Positions 51,028 to 60,097 of a DNA stretch of 64,000 nt are shown one piece after another. The notes beneath the pieces were generated by a model. The model made no database searches. It was given only the letters and a program-made list of their open reading frames with translations, and was not told the origin of the DNA. Source of the DNA: a virus; the IMG/VR virus record IMGVR_UViG_2513237302_000002, positions 25,485-89,484 of that record; one strand, written 5' to 3'. The position numbers were made by a program, and so were the translations under genes. Position 1 is the stretch's first letter, and every line of letters starts with the position of its first letter.

Positions 51028-51669
51028 ATGGATATGTTTGAAGATTTTAGCGAACGGGTTATCGCTAACACTGGTGTTTATAAAGATCTGGTTGGTCTTG
51101 ATATGGACTTTGCAAACCTTGACCAACAGACTACTATTGATATTCTGGTAGGCAACGGCGTTGACCTTGACGACCCTACCACGTTTGTAATTGATTCTTG
51201 TGAGGGCGTAACTGGTGACTGGTCTGACGTGTTGGAATCCACTAATTGCATGGTTTCAAACGATATGGAATACATTGGTATATACCATAAAGGACCTGCT
51301 AGTACAGGTCTGTTAATTCACAAAGCCGAATATGGTGAATTAACGTTTACGATTGTAGATAAAAGCGGCAAGCCGTTACATGGTGTTGTTCCAGACACCC
51401 GCAATTCAGATATTGTGGACTATGACGATGATGAAGATGAAGATGAACCAGTAGACCAAGCAATCATGAAACTTGACTTTGCTGAATTGCAACGCTATCT
51501 GACTGAATGCAAGATGGCGGCGCTAGATGCACACGATGAACAGAATTGGTATGGTGAAGATTGGTGGAATGACAAGGCTATGCAAGCCAAAACGGACTTT
51601 CTGAACACTTACGGCTTGTCATGGTCAGACTATGACCATCTGGAACACGATTACAAGCGTCAAAAGTAA
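51028..51669 (+). CDS. Highly acidic early protein
   Basis: ATG 51028; D/E-rich; first gene after the structured RNA. Confidence 0.75.
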   Translation: MDMFEDFSERVIANTGVYKDLVGLDMDFANLDQQTTIDILVGNGVDLDDPTTFVIDSCEGVTGDWSDVLESTNCMVSNDMEYIGIYHKGPASTGLLIHKAEYGELTFTIVDKSGKPLHGVVPDTRNSDIVDYDDDEDEDEPVDQAIMKLDFAELQRYLTECKMAALDAHDEQNWYGEDWWNDKAMQAKTDFLNTYGLSWSDYDHLEHDYKRQK

Positions 51670-51702
51670 GCGCTAACCATTCAATTAAAGGCGGTGAAAA
51701 CT

Positions 51703-51795
51703 ATGCTTAATTTTATCCTTGGTGTTATTGGCGGCGTGTACTTGACAGCGCTTTGCCCTAAATTTGCACGCTTTATTGCAAGTGCTTTTGACTAG
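51703..51795 (+). CDS. 30-aa hydrophobic peptide
   Basis: AAGGCGGTGA RBS; MLNFILGVIGGVYLTALCPKFARFIASAFD. Confidence 0.6.
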   Translation: MLNFILGVIGGVYLTALCPKFARFIASAFD

Positions 51796-51847
51796 CCTAA
51801 AACAAAAATATATCATTATTAGTTTAAAAATCGAAAGGAAGATTATC

Positions 51848-52168
51848 ATGGAACAATATTATGCTTACGGTGTCAACGAACTTTTGCACGGCGGTTACGG
51901 TCATTGCCTTGGCGAATTGGAAAGCCGCTACTCAAGCCAAAAGGAATTTTACGGCAAAGCTCAAGTATGGCGTACTGATAAAGGCGTATTGCTATTACGG
52001 TCTTATCAAACCATTGTAGCAGCGGTATTGCCTGACGGTCGGTATTTAAGCGGCGGTTACTATTCACCAACCACCAGCAAGCACCAAAGGGAATTTTTCA
52101 AGCAATTCGCAAAGTCTGGTAGCCTTGACGATTATGTTAGCTACAATCTAATGTTATTTTGGATTTAA
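51848..52168 (+). CDS. Conserved phage early hypothetical protein
   Basis: GAAAGGA RBS; FYGKAQV...LRSYQTIVA...YSPTTSKHQREF. Confidence 0.75.
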   Translation: MEQYYAYGVNELLHGGYGHCLGELESRYSSQKEFYGKAQVWRTDKGVLLLRSYQTIVAAVLPDGRYLSGGYYSPTTSKHQREFFKQFAKSGSLDDYVSYNLMLFWI

Positions 52169-52188
52169 TGAAAGCGGGGTATTAAATC

Positions 52189-52419
52189 ATGGAACAACAA
52201 TTTTCAAGTCTTGGCTGCTGGGGTATCTCAAACACGATTGCACTGGTATTACTTGAATATAATTACGATATTGAAGATCGTGCTACAACGGCATTCTTTT
52301 ACGATGGTGAGTACCAGCACAAGCGAACAACCAAAGTCCACACTACTCAAAGCGGTAGAATGTATATCGTTCGTTATGGTACACGATACTACTTTGATGA
52401 ATGTATCAAGAATGCTTAA
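52189..52419 (+). CDS. Hypothetical early protein
   Basis: 76 aa; GCGGGG RBS; GRMYIVRYGTRYYFDE. Confidence 0.7.
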   Translation: MEQQFSSLGCWGISNTIALVLLEYNYDIEDRATTAFFYDGEYQHKRTTKVHTTQSGRMYIVRYGTRYYFDECIKNA

Positions 52420-52435
52420 AAGGCGGTGAACGGTT

Positions 52436-52630
52436 ATGCTCGGAAAAATCTGGGAATCTGGTCAAGAAATGCTAGACTATCAAAACTCACAAGGCGGTGA
52501 AGACAATTTTTTCTACCCTAATGGTGAAAGCGTTAAGATTGACACCAAAAAGTGGTATCTAGTAGGACTTGACGAACTAGAGAAAAATTCCATTGTGTTT
52601 GATGAAGAAGAAAGGAATGAACAATTATGA
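52436..52630 (+). CDS. Hypothetical acidic protein
   Basis: 64 aa; AGGCGGTG RBS. Confidence 0.65.
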   Translation: MLGKIWESGQEMLDYQNSQGGEDNFFYPNGESVKIDTKKWYLVGLDELEKNSIVFDEEERNEQL

Positions 52631-52848
52631 GAAAACTAATTAAGTTGGCAGCCATTGCACTGATTGCATATGCTAGTTTGGTAACGGTTGTTATGATTAA
52701 GCAGCAAGCAACTATCAACCACCAACAACGGACTATACAGACCTATCATAACCCGTCAAACGGTGATAGGCTTGTCATTGCTGGTCAAACTTTCACAATC
52801 AAGAAAGACAAGACTAGCAACGCTGTTGATTTTGCACTGGGAAAATAA
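52627..52848 (+). CDS. Small membrane-anchored/secreted protein
   Basis: N-terminal hydrophobic helix; ATGA overlap with the upstream gene. Confidence 0.7.
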   Translation: MRKLIKLAAIALIAYASLVTVVMIKQQATINHQQRTIQTYHNPSNGDRLVIAGQTFTIKKDKTSNAVDFALGK

Positions 52849-52857
52849 TTTTTGAAA

Positions 52858-52894
52858 ATAGGTTGACAACCTATAATCACAAGTATATTATAAT
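52858..52894 (+). promoter_or_regulatory. Promoter with operator ATAGGTTGACAACCTAT over the -35 box
   Basis: Perfect 17-bp palindrome containing TTGACA; variants at 58892 and 60193. Confidence 0.75.
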
Positions 52895-52929
52895 TTGCGA
52901 AAAGAAAAGAATTTATGGAGGTAATTATC

Positions 52930-53313
52930 ATGACTGAGCAACAAACTTACCAAGAACAAGTTAAGGCTGACTTTGAAGAATTTTTTGCTGAAAACTATGG
53001 TGAACGTTATCAAAAAGCTGAAACTGAACAAGAAAAGTCAAACTTGATTGACGAGGCTTTTCAAGAGGCGTTGATTGATGACGGCGTAACGGGTAATGCT
53101 AGTGGCAGCTATTACATGAATGCTTATAAAGCCCGTGACATGGTATTAGATAACATTGATTACGTTGCAAACCTTTTATATCGTTGTGACGTAACGGACA
53201 AACCACTTGAATACTACCTTGCAAATTTTAAAGAAGAAACGCTTGACGTAATTGTTCGCTATCACACTTTGGAACTTATGTTTGAAAATGGCGAACTTAA
53301 TGAATTCTTTTAA
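52930..53313 (+). CDS. Acidic conserved phage protein
   Basis: GGAGG RBS; DDGVTGNASGSYY motif. Confidence 0.75.
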   Translation: MTEQQTYQEQVKADFEEFFAENYGERYQKAETEQEKSNLIDEAFQEALIDDGVTGNASGSYYMNAYKARDMVLDNIDYVANLLYRCDVTDKPLEYYLANFKEETLDVIVRYHTLELMFENGELNEFF

Positions 53314-53425
53314 AACAAAAATATAGGTAAACCGTGCATAGTGCTTAAAAGACGGTGCAAGTCCGTCAACGGTTATAAGCTAGATAATTCTAGCTGAAAA
53401 AATAAATTTAAGTGAGGTAATAATT

Positions 53426-54751
53426 ATGATTAACACTATTACAACGCTTGACACTCAAGCAATTATTAACAACGTCAAGAAGAATTTTGACGGAACTTAC
53501 ACCGAAACCAAAAAGCAAATAGAACGTGAAATTACTCATTCTGTTTGGCAAAAGATTGTTGAGTTTCAAGAACAACCAGAAAATATTTTGGAACTGTTAG
53601 AATTTATTCAATCATTCTATCAGTATTCAACCCGTAACCGTGCATTAATCTATGTACAAAATCCTGACGCTATTGCACTGGGGTCTTATACATTCTTTAA
53701 AAAGTTAGGCTATCCAGTCCGTAATGGTGAACACGGAATAAAAATTGTAGCACCTAACATGGTCAAGACCTTTACTAATGCAAAAGGTGAAGAAAAATTA
53801 GTTAAGGACGCAACACCAGATGAAAAGAAAAAAATTAAGGCGGGTCAATTAAAGACCAGTCAACATATTGGCGGTTTTAATCATGTTACTGTTTTTGACG
53901 TAACGCAAACTGATTTGCCAAAAGATGACTACCCGAAAATTTTCCCTAATGCACACCATGATTATCATGTAAGCGGTGATTTTGAGTTAAATGCTGTTAG
54001 CCAAGGATTGGCAGCAATTGCAAAAGAATTGAACTTATCATTAGTAACCAACGATGAAGCATTTTGGCAAAAATACAAGGGCGGCGTTGCTAAAGGATTT
54101 TTTGCACCGAATTTAAATTCGATTGCGTTGAATCCACAAAACACACCAACAGAAAACGTTGAAACGTTAATCCATGAATTAACTCATGCAACGTTACACG
54201 GCTTTGAATTAGACGAAAATCCAATTCTGAAGAAATTAAACATTAAGAAACATGAAGAATTGCAAGACTATGAAAAGGAATTACAAGCTGAATTGACTGG
54301 GTATCTAGTCGCAAAGGCAAATGGGATTGATACAAGTGAAGATAGTATCCGTTACATTGCAAGTTGGACTGACAACGGTCGCAAAATTGATGAAAGTCGC
54401 TTGTATGAATTCTTTGACGAAATTAGCAAGTTGGCAGCCTACTTTATTGACAGAATTAACCAATATCGTGGTAATTGTGAAAACTTGCGTGCAATTGTCA
54501 ACGCAACAGAAGAAACTGACAACAACGAAAAGCAAGAAAAAATAGAAACTCAATCAGTCAAGGCTATTGAACAACCAAAACCAAAGAAAGCGACTAAAAA
54601 GACAACTAAGGCTAAAAAGGCAGCACCAAAGAAAACTACTACCAAGGCTACTACAAAAGCTAAAAAGCCCGCTGCGACTAAAAAGAAAGCTACTAGCAAG
54701 AAACCAGTTAATAGTGATGGTGTACACGTTGAATTTATTAGCTTATTTTAG
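53426..54751 (+). CDS. ArdC-like ssDNA-binding protein with metallopeptidase-like domain and Lys/Ala-rich tail
   Basis: FYQYSTRNRALIYVQNPDA, VRNGEHGIKI, VFDVTQT, TLIHELTHATLH, ELQAE, YIASW. Confidence 0.8.
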   Translation: MINTITTLDTQAIINNVKKNFDGTYTETKKQIEREITHSVWQKIVEFQEQPENILELLEFIQSFYQYSTRNRALIYVQNPDAIALGSYTFFKKLGYPVRNGEHGIKIVAPNMVKTFTNAKGEEKLVKDATPDEKKKIKAGQLKTSQHIGGFNHVTVFDVTQTDLPKDDYPKIFPNAHHDYHVSGDFELNAVSQGLAAIAKELNLSLVTNDEAFWQKYKGGVAKGFFAPNLNSIALNPQNTPTENVETLIHELTHATLHGFELDENPILKKLNIKKHEELQDYEKELQAELTGYLVAKANGIDTSEDSIRYIASWTDNGRKIDESRLYEFFDEISKLAAYFIDRINQYRGNCENLRAIVNATEETDNNEKQEKIETQSVKAIEQPKPKKATKKTTKAKKAAPKKTTTKATTKAKKPAATKKKATSKKPVNSDGVHVEFISLF

Positions 54752-54861
54752 GTGGTGAAAAATCATGACTAACAATAAAAGCCCTACTAATTAGGGTCAA
54801 CAACATTTTAGATTGAAAATAATTTTTGAAAATTAAAAATAATGAAAAGGTGGTAATTATT

Positions 54862-55251
54862 ATGATGAAGAAAATGAACGGCGTAACGGTATATGACGTG
54901 ATTAATAGTGAATATGGTAACGGCTTTTTGGTCAATCGAAAAGAATTTATTAAGCACGTTAACGGCTACACTGACGATTTTGGTCAAAAGTTGGATAAGG
55001 TATCTATCAAGGATATGAAACATAATATTCACACTGACAAGTTGCTGCTAATTGTTAGTGACGGTATGGAGCAAATTATGACGGCACACCCGTTCAATCA
55101 GAATGAATTAATCCAATTGTTGACGTTGACCAGTGATAGTTGGGATTATGACTACAATTTTGTCGATTGGTTACGCAGCATGTATCAAGTAGCACCAAAA
55201 CAAGGGTTTGCTGACAAGAAAGACCAGTACGTTGAATTAATGTTTGAATAG
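54862..55251 (+). CDS. Hypothetical protein
   Basis: AAGGTGG RBS. Confidence 0.7.
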   Translation: MMKKMNGVTVYDVINSEYGNGFLVNRKEFIKHVNGYTDDFGQKLDKVSIKDMKHNIHTDKLLLIVSDGMEQIMTAHPFNQNELIQLLTLTSDSWDYDYNFVDWLRSMYQVAPKQGFADKKDQYVELMFE

Positions 55252-55312
55252 GATAAAATATCCATTTTAGAAACAATCTGCTTAATAAAAGAAAGTGAAA
55301 GGTGAAGAAATT

Positions 55313-56035
55313 ATGTTTATTCAATCAACTACCATTAAGAATTTTAACTCACACTCAAAGAAAATTAGCAAATACAATTCTCGCATGGTAACGCAACCAG
55401 CTTATTACGGTACGAACGTTTATTATGGCAGCCAACATGTATTGGTACGGTACGTCAATGCAAAACCAGAAGAAAAAGAATTTAACGACAATGTAGACTT
55501 AATCAAATATGAAGATGAAGAACGAGTTAAAATCATTGACCATGTATTTGAAGATACTGATGAAAAAGACACGGTGCATATCACTGTACCCGTATCAAAA
55601 ATCAAGGAATTACAAGCGGTATTATCACCCGCTTTAATTTTGCACCATACAAATACTGACAACAAAGCCGCCTATGAAACTAATTTAGATATTAGTGAAT
55701 ATGGTGTTATGGCAACGTGTTACAACGAGAACGGTAGTGCTTTTCGTGGATATGTTCCATTGCAAGAAAAAAGAAAAGATACAACGGACGAAAAAATTCA
55801 GTCAATTGTGTTTAATGCTAAATATTTAACTGACTTGTTGACAATGGCTGCTAAAGAAAGTAATGACGCAATCGAGTTGTGTATTGCACCGTATGATGAA
55901 AATCGCTATGCTGATGGGCATTGTATTGTACCTATGTTGATTAAAGTTGGTCAGATTGAAGCCGTTATCACTCCAATTCGGGTATACGATAAATTTAACA
56001 AATACCTAGATAGTGTTCATGATATTTTAAAATAA
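55313..56035 (+). CDS. Hypothetical protein with sliding-clamp-like C-terminal motifs
   Basis: IVFNAKYLTDLL...PMLIK...AVITPIRV resembles the DnaN C-terminal domain. Confidence 0.5.
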   Translation: MFIQSTTIKNFNSHSKKISKYNSRMVTQPAYYGTNVYYGSQHVLVRYVNAKPEEKEFNDNVDLIKYEDEERVKIIDHVFEDTDEKDTVHITVPVSKIKELQAVLSPALILHHTNTDNKAAYETNLDISEYGVMATCYNENGSAFRGYVPLQEKRKDTTDEKIQSIVFNAKYLTDLLTMAAKESNDAIELCIAPYDENRYADGHCIVPMLIKVGQIEAVITPIRVYDKFNKYLDSVHDILK

Positions 56036-56067
56036 AAGATATTATAATTAGTGAAAAGGTGGTAATT

Positions 56068-56172
56068 ATGATAGAAAGAATTTTGTTTGAGTTAAAATTT
56101 TTCATAGGCTTTAGTTTAGCAAGCCTATGGATGGCTGGACTAATCACGTTGGTTAGCATTATGTTCGATTAA
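56068..56172 (+). CDS. 34-aa membrane peptide
   Basis: AAGGTGG RBS; MIERILFELKFFIGFSLASLWMAGLITLVSIMFD. Confidence 0.65.
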   Translation: MIERILFELKFFIGFSLASLWMAGLITLVSIMFD

Positions 56173-56192
56173 AGAAAGTGAGCGTTGATATT

Positions 56193-56534
56193 ATGAAGAA
56201 AGTAAAATTTGATGGTATGGAATGGGAATTACCAGAATTAACTGAATCAGAATTAAAGGTAGTTGAATGCTTTAGTCACTATCTTAACTACTCAAATATG
56301 CAAGATAATATTTATGACAACGCAACATTCTTTGATTTTGACGAAATTGCAAATGATACTGGTGTATCACACAATATTTTACGAGGTGTGTTGTCAAGTC
56401 TGATTAAGAAAGAATTAATTAGCATTGATGGCTGCACGTGGTATGGTGATACTATTATGAATGGTGTTGGATTTAGTGTAACGTATAAAGGGCTTATCAC
56501 TTATTACTATTACTTTACAGAGGAATTTAATTAG
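56193..56534 (+). CDS. Winged-HTH protein
   Basis: FDEIANDTGVSHNILRGVLSSLIKKELI. Confidence 0.7.
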   Translation: MKKVKFDGMEWELPELTESELKVVECFSHYLNYSNMQDNIYDNATFFDFDEIANDTGVSHNILRGVLSSLIKKELISIDGCTWYGDTIMNGVGFSVTYKGLITYYYYFTEEFN

Positions 56535-56631
56535 CTAGTTAGGTGCTTTGAGGTAGGTGCAAATCCTACCATAGCTTTTAGGTCAATGAATTTTGACCAT
56601 AAAAAGAATTTTTGAAAAGGTGGTAATTATT

Positions 56632-57276
56632 ATGATTATTGATAAAGCTATTAGTGATTATGTTAATGGTATATACGAAGATATTTGCAACTATTCACGT
56701 AACCAAGATGAAACGGTAGATGAAAAAACTAAGTTAGCAGCACAAGAATTAGCAAAAACTATTGACCAACAGCCAATTGAAGAAAAATCATTGGTACGTG
56801 TTGAACGCTTATGGGATAAAGACAATATAGAAATTGGCAATGTAATTGATTTTGGTATTGCGTCAACGTCAAGAAATCAAAATTTTTTTAATCTTATTGT
56901 TGAAAATAAGGTTGACGGTTTGAGTGAATATCAAGACGATTGTAGATATGTTGAATATCGTTTTAAAAATAGCCGTTCACTTGACGTATCAAAACAATCA
57001 GATTTTGACCAACAAGAGGAATTAATCCATGGCAAATATAAAGTTGTTAATAAATATTGGCAGCCACGGGTTGCGACAACAAGTTTTAAAGAAATTGAAT
57101 TAAGCAATTATCCAATTGTAAAAACAAGATTGTCAAAACGAGGGTTAAAAGTATTCACGTATTTGATTGATGGTGAAGAAAAAGAATTTAGTGAACGACA
57201 ACAATCAATCACAATTCAATATCATAATAAACCAGAACATGAACGGTGGATTGTGGAATTAGAAATTGCTGATTAG
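56632..57276 (+). CDS. Putative ADP-ribosyltransferase (R-S-E class)
   Basis: LVRVE...IASTSRN...DVSKQSDFDQQEELI. Confidence 0.6.
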   Translation: MIIDKAISDYVNGIYEDICNYSRNQDETVDEKTKLAAQELAKTIDQQPIEEKSLVRVERLWDKDNIEIGNVIDFGIASTSRNQNFFNLIVENKVDGLSEYQDDCRYVEYRFKNSRSLDVSKQSDFDQQEELIHGKYKVVNKYWQPRVATTSFKEIELSNYPIVKTRLSKRGLKVFTYLIDGEEKEFSERQQSITIQYHNKPEHERWIVELEIAD

Positions 57277-57285
57277 AAAGAATTT

Positions 57286-57633
57286 ATGGAGGTATTTAAT
57301 AAAATGTGGTTGAGTAAAAAACACGCAATATCGTTGGCATCACAAGTTATTGGCACGGTTGCTGATAATTTAAATGTTTTAGCTGGCGTTGCTGAAAGTG
57401 ATGGTGAATATTATTACGTTTGGCAAGCACCTAATGGTGGACAATTGTATTATCCAGTTAATGAAGAAACTATTTTGTTGCAAGCGAAAAATCTTAATCA
57501 AAGCGAGCTAATGAAATATATTAAATTTTCCTTGTTTGTTAGATATAATGATGGATTTTGGCAGCAAGATACAAATTGGAATGATGATGACTGGAATTTT
57601 TTCAGTAATTTAAGGTTGTATTTGAATATTTAG
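57286..57633 (+). CDS. Hypothetical protein
   Basis: Open 115-aa frame; start may be 57304 (GGAGGT RBS). Confidence 0.65.
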   Translation: MEVFNKMWLSKKHAISLASQVIGTVADNLNVLAGVAESDGEYYYVWQAPNGGQLYYPVNEETILLQAKNLNQSELMKYIKFSLFVRYNDGFWQQDTNWNDDDWNFFSNLRLYLNI

Positions 57634-57688
57634 TAAAACAATAATATAGTATAATTAGTTTTAAAGATAAAAAGAGAGGTAATTAAAA

Positions 57689-58567
57689 ATGTTAATCGTA
57701 TCAGACTTACAAGAAATTGCTTACGTTGCCGAAAATATTGATAGCTTGTATGACACTATCACTCACGATTTAGGACTTGATGAATGGCAACAAGACCAAT
57801 TGGTTAAAGAATTAATCTACCAGTTTGGGGGCGCTGATTATGAAATGGGTACATTGGAAAATGACAATGATGAATTAAAAGAAAAGATGGACGAAATGAA
57901 AGTTGATAAAGAATTAACTGATGATGAAAATATAGAATTAAAAGACAAAATCACCGATTTAAAAGATGAAATTTTCAAGTTGAACCAAGAAGCTATTAAG
58001 TTGAACAACAAAATTGATGATTTAGAGGACGCTAAAGAATCTAAAGGGGCAGCATACAAGGCTAAATTAGACAAAATTAAGGCTATTTTAGACCTTGACG
58101 ATGAAGAATTAGCTGACAACGAAAAAACGGTTGAGGTTGAAGAAAAACAAGCTGCCGTTGAAGATGAACAAGACACTGAACAAAACGATGAACAGGTTGA
58201 AAGTGATAAAGCTACACCAAAGAAAAAAGATTTGACCAGTCTATCATTAAGTACGCCTTGGAGTGCTAATGTATCAAGTTTTAGCAAAATGTTAGCTGAC
58301 TTGAAATTAATCATGATTCATGCTTATGAAGATAACGATAAAGTGCTTAAAGAAAATGATCCTATGCTGAAAACTCGTGAATTTATGAAGTATGTAAACG
58401 TGATTATTAAATACGGGAAAACGGTTGTGAGTGAAGATAAATATCGCACAGTAACCGAGGCAAAAGAGGCAATTAAGCAAGCTAAAGAACGGTTTAAGGG
58501 TGCTGAAAAGCCAGTATATTACAGTTTGAAAATTAACAAGGCTGGTCAATGGTGGATTAACTGCTAA
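57689..58567 (+). CDS. Acidic coiled-coil protein
   Basis: 292 aa; AGAGGT RBS. Confidence 0.75.
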   Translation: MLIVSDLQEIAYVAENIDSLYDTITHDLGLDEWQQDQLVKELIYQFGGADYEMGTLENDNDELKEKMDEMKVDKELTDDENIELKDKITDLKDEIFKLNQEAIKLNNKIDDLEDAKESKGAAYKAKLDKIKAILDLDDEELADNEKTVEVEEKQAAVEDEQDTEQNDEQVESDKATPKKKDLTSLSLSTPWSANVSSFSKMLADLKLIMIHAYEDNDKVLKENDPMLKTREFMKYVNVIIKYGKTVVSEDKYRTVTEAKEAIKQAKERFKGAEKPVYYSLKINKAGQWWINC

Positions 58568-58603
58568 GAACATTAAAAAAGAATTTATGGGGGTGCATTT
58601 GAA

Positions 58604-58900
58604 TTGATGAAAATTATTACCAGTCGCAAATACGATAAAAATTATAAACGATATGTACGGCAGCATTATTCATTGAAACTATTGCATTTTACAATTAACG
58701 TTTTAGTTACTGGCGATAGTCAACAATTAAAACGATTAAAGAATCACAAAATGAACCGCCGTGGACAAAATTTATATTCAGTCCATATAGGACACCATGC
58801 AAGTGATTTATTATTGAAATACACGATTGACAAACCGAATAAAACCATTGTTTTACTTGACTTATGTCACCATGACAAATTAAATAAAAATATAGGTTGA
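58604..58900 (+). CDS. RelE/YafQ-like ribonuclease toxin
   Basis: Basic 98 aa; SRKYDKNYKR...NHKM...YSVHI...DLLLKY...LLDLCHHDKL. Confidence 0.65.
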   Translation: MMKIITSRKYDKNYKRYVRQHYSLKLLHFTINVLVTGDSQQLKRLKNHKMNRRGQNLYSVHIGHHASDLLLKYTIDKPNKTIVLLDLCHHDKLNKNIG

Positions 58901-58948
58901 CCACCTATAATCAAACATTTATCATTAATGTAAAAAGATGAGGTTTAT

Positions 58949-59404
58949 TTGATGAAATATGACTATCAAAAATATCAGAAATATCAAAAACCTTATAAGT
59001 CTAAACACAAAGTCAAGAATTATAGGTATCAGAAGAAATCAAGGGCGAAAAGTTTTATTAAAAATGACGCAACCCTTGATGAATTATATGAATTTGATGA
59101 TTTAACTAAAAATAGAATTAAAGAGTTGGAGGCAATGAACATGAAAACTTTTGATATTACTGTTTGGGGTACACGAGCAGATGGCAGCAACATTGGCTAT
59201 TACGAATTTAAATACGATGATGGCGAAGAATTATGGCAAGCAATGAGTGAAGATATGGTGCTAGTAGATAATAGTGATGAAAAGCGTTTAATTGAATGGC
59301 AAGATTTACCAGATGATAATATCGAGCACCTTTTAAACGCTGCTAAAAAGCAGGGTTTCATTGATGACTTTGAATTAGAAGAAAGTAATGAAGATGACGA
59401 CTAA
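58949..59404 (+). CDS. Hypothetical protein (basic N-terminus, acidic C-terminus)
   Basis: GAGG RBS; a second GGAGG precedes internal ATG 59134. Confidence 0.6.
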   Translation: MMKYDYQKYQKYQKPYKSKHKVKNYRYQKKSRAKSFIKNDATLDELYEFDDLTKNRIKELEAMNMKTFDITVWGTRADGSNIGYYEFKYDDGEELWQAMSEDMVLVDNSDEKRLIEWQDLPDDNIEHLLNAAKKQGFIDDFELEESNEDDD

Positions 59405-59413
59405 AAAGTATTA

Positions 59414-60097
59414 ATGGTGATAAATATGGCTAAAATGACGATTGAAGAAACTAAAGAATCGCTAAAGAAAGAAATTGTTCGATTAGGAATTCAAGATAAC
59501 CCTAGTCGAACCGTTTATCAGAAAGAATATCAACGTGGTGTAGCACCTAGCCCTAACAATGCAATGAAAGTTACTGGTATGAAATGGCAAGACCTAATGA
59601 ATGAATTAGGGTTTAAATATGCTAGTTATGCGAATGTGAAATTCAATGCTAGAGATAACGCTAAAGGTGTAGAAAAGAAAATTAGACTAACTAATCCAGA
59701 TACAAGGCAACAAATTATTGATAAAGCCTTGGAATGGATGCACAAAGATGAAATTCAAAATGTAGAAGAATTTAAGAAGAATTCAAAACATATGATTGGT
59801 GTAAATTATGGCACACTAAGTAAATATGGTTATTCTTTTGAAAGACTGAAAGAATTATATAAAGACAAATATGGTGAAGAAATTAAGAGTGAGCATAAAG
59901 GTCGTTGGAATCATGTAGACAAGAAAGAATTAATTAATTTATTAATCGAAGCAATGGTTAATAATAATTTAAATAATCTGAGCCAATATAGTAAATGGTG
60001 TAAAGAAAATAACGATTATCCATCGATTGCTACCTTGCAGCGTAGACTGGATATGACGTATAAAGAATTAAATAAACTGGTAAAAGTATTAAAGTAG
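59414..60097 (+). CDS. Repeat-containing DNA-binding protein (homing-endonuclease-associated repeat-like)
   Basis: Repeated YQKEY..APSP..MKWQDL / YSKW..YPSI..MTYKEL units. Confidence 0.55.
   Translation: MVINMAKMTIEETKESLKKEIVRLGIQDNPSRTVYQKEYQRGVAPSPNNAMKVTGMKWQDLMNELGFKYASYANVKFNARDNAKGVEKKIRLTNPDTRQQIIDKALEWMHKDEIQNVEEFKKNSKHMIGVNYGTLSKYGYSFERLKELYKDKYGEEIKSEHKGRWNHVDKKELINLLIEAMVNNNLNNLSQYSKWCKENNDYPSIATLQRRLDMTYKELNKLVKVLK

Noticed and set aside
26916..56576. tRNA genes at the T-loop hairpins
   Set aside because: No D-arm or anticodon arm and no encoded CCA; reported as minihelix mimics instead
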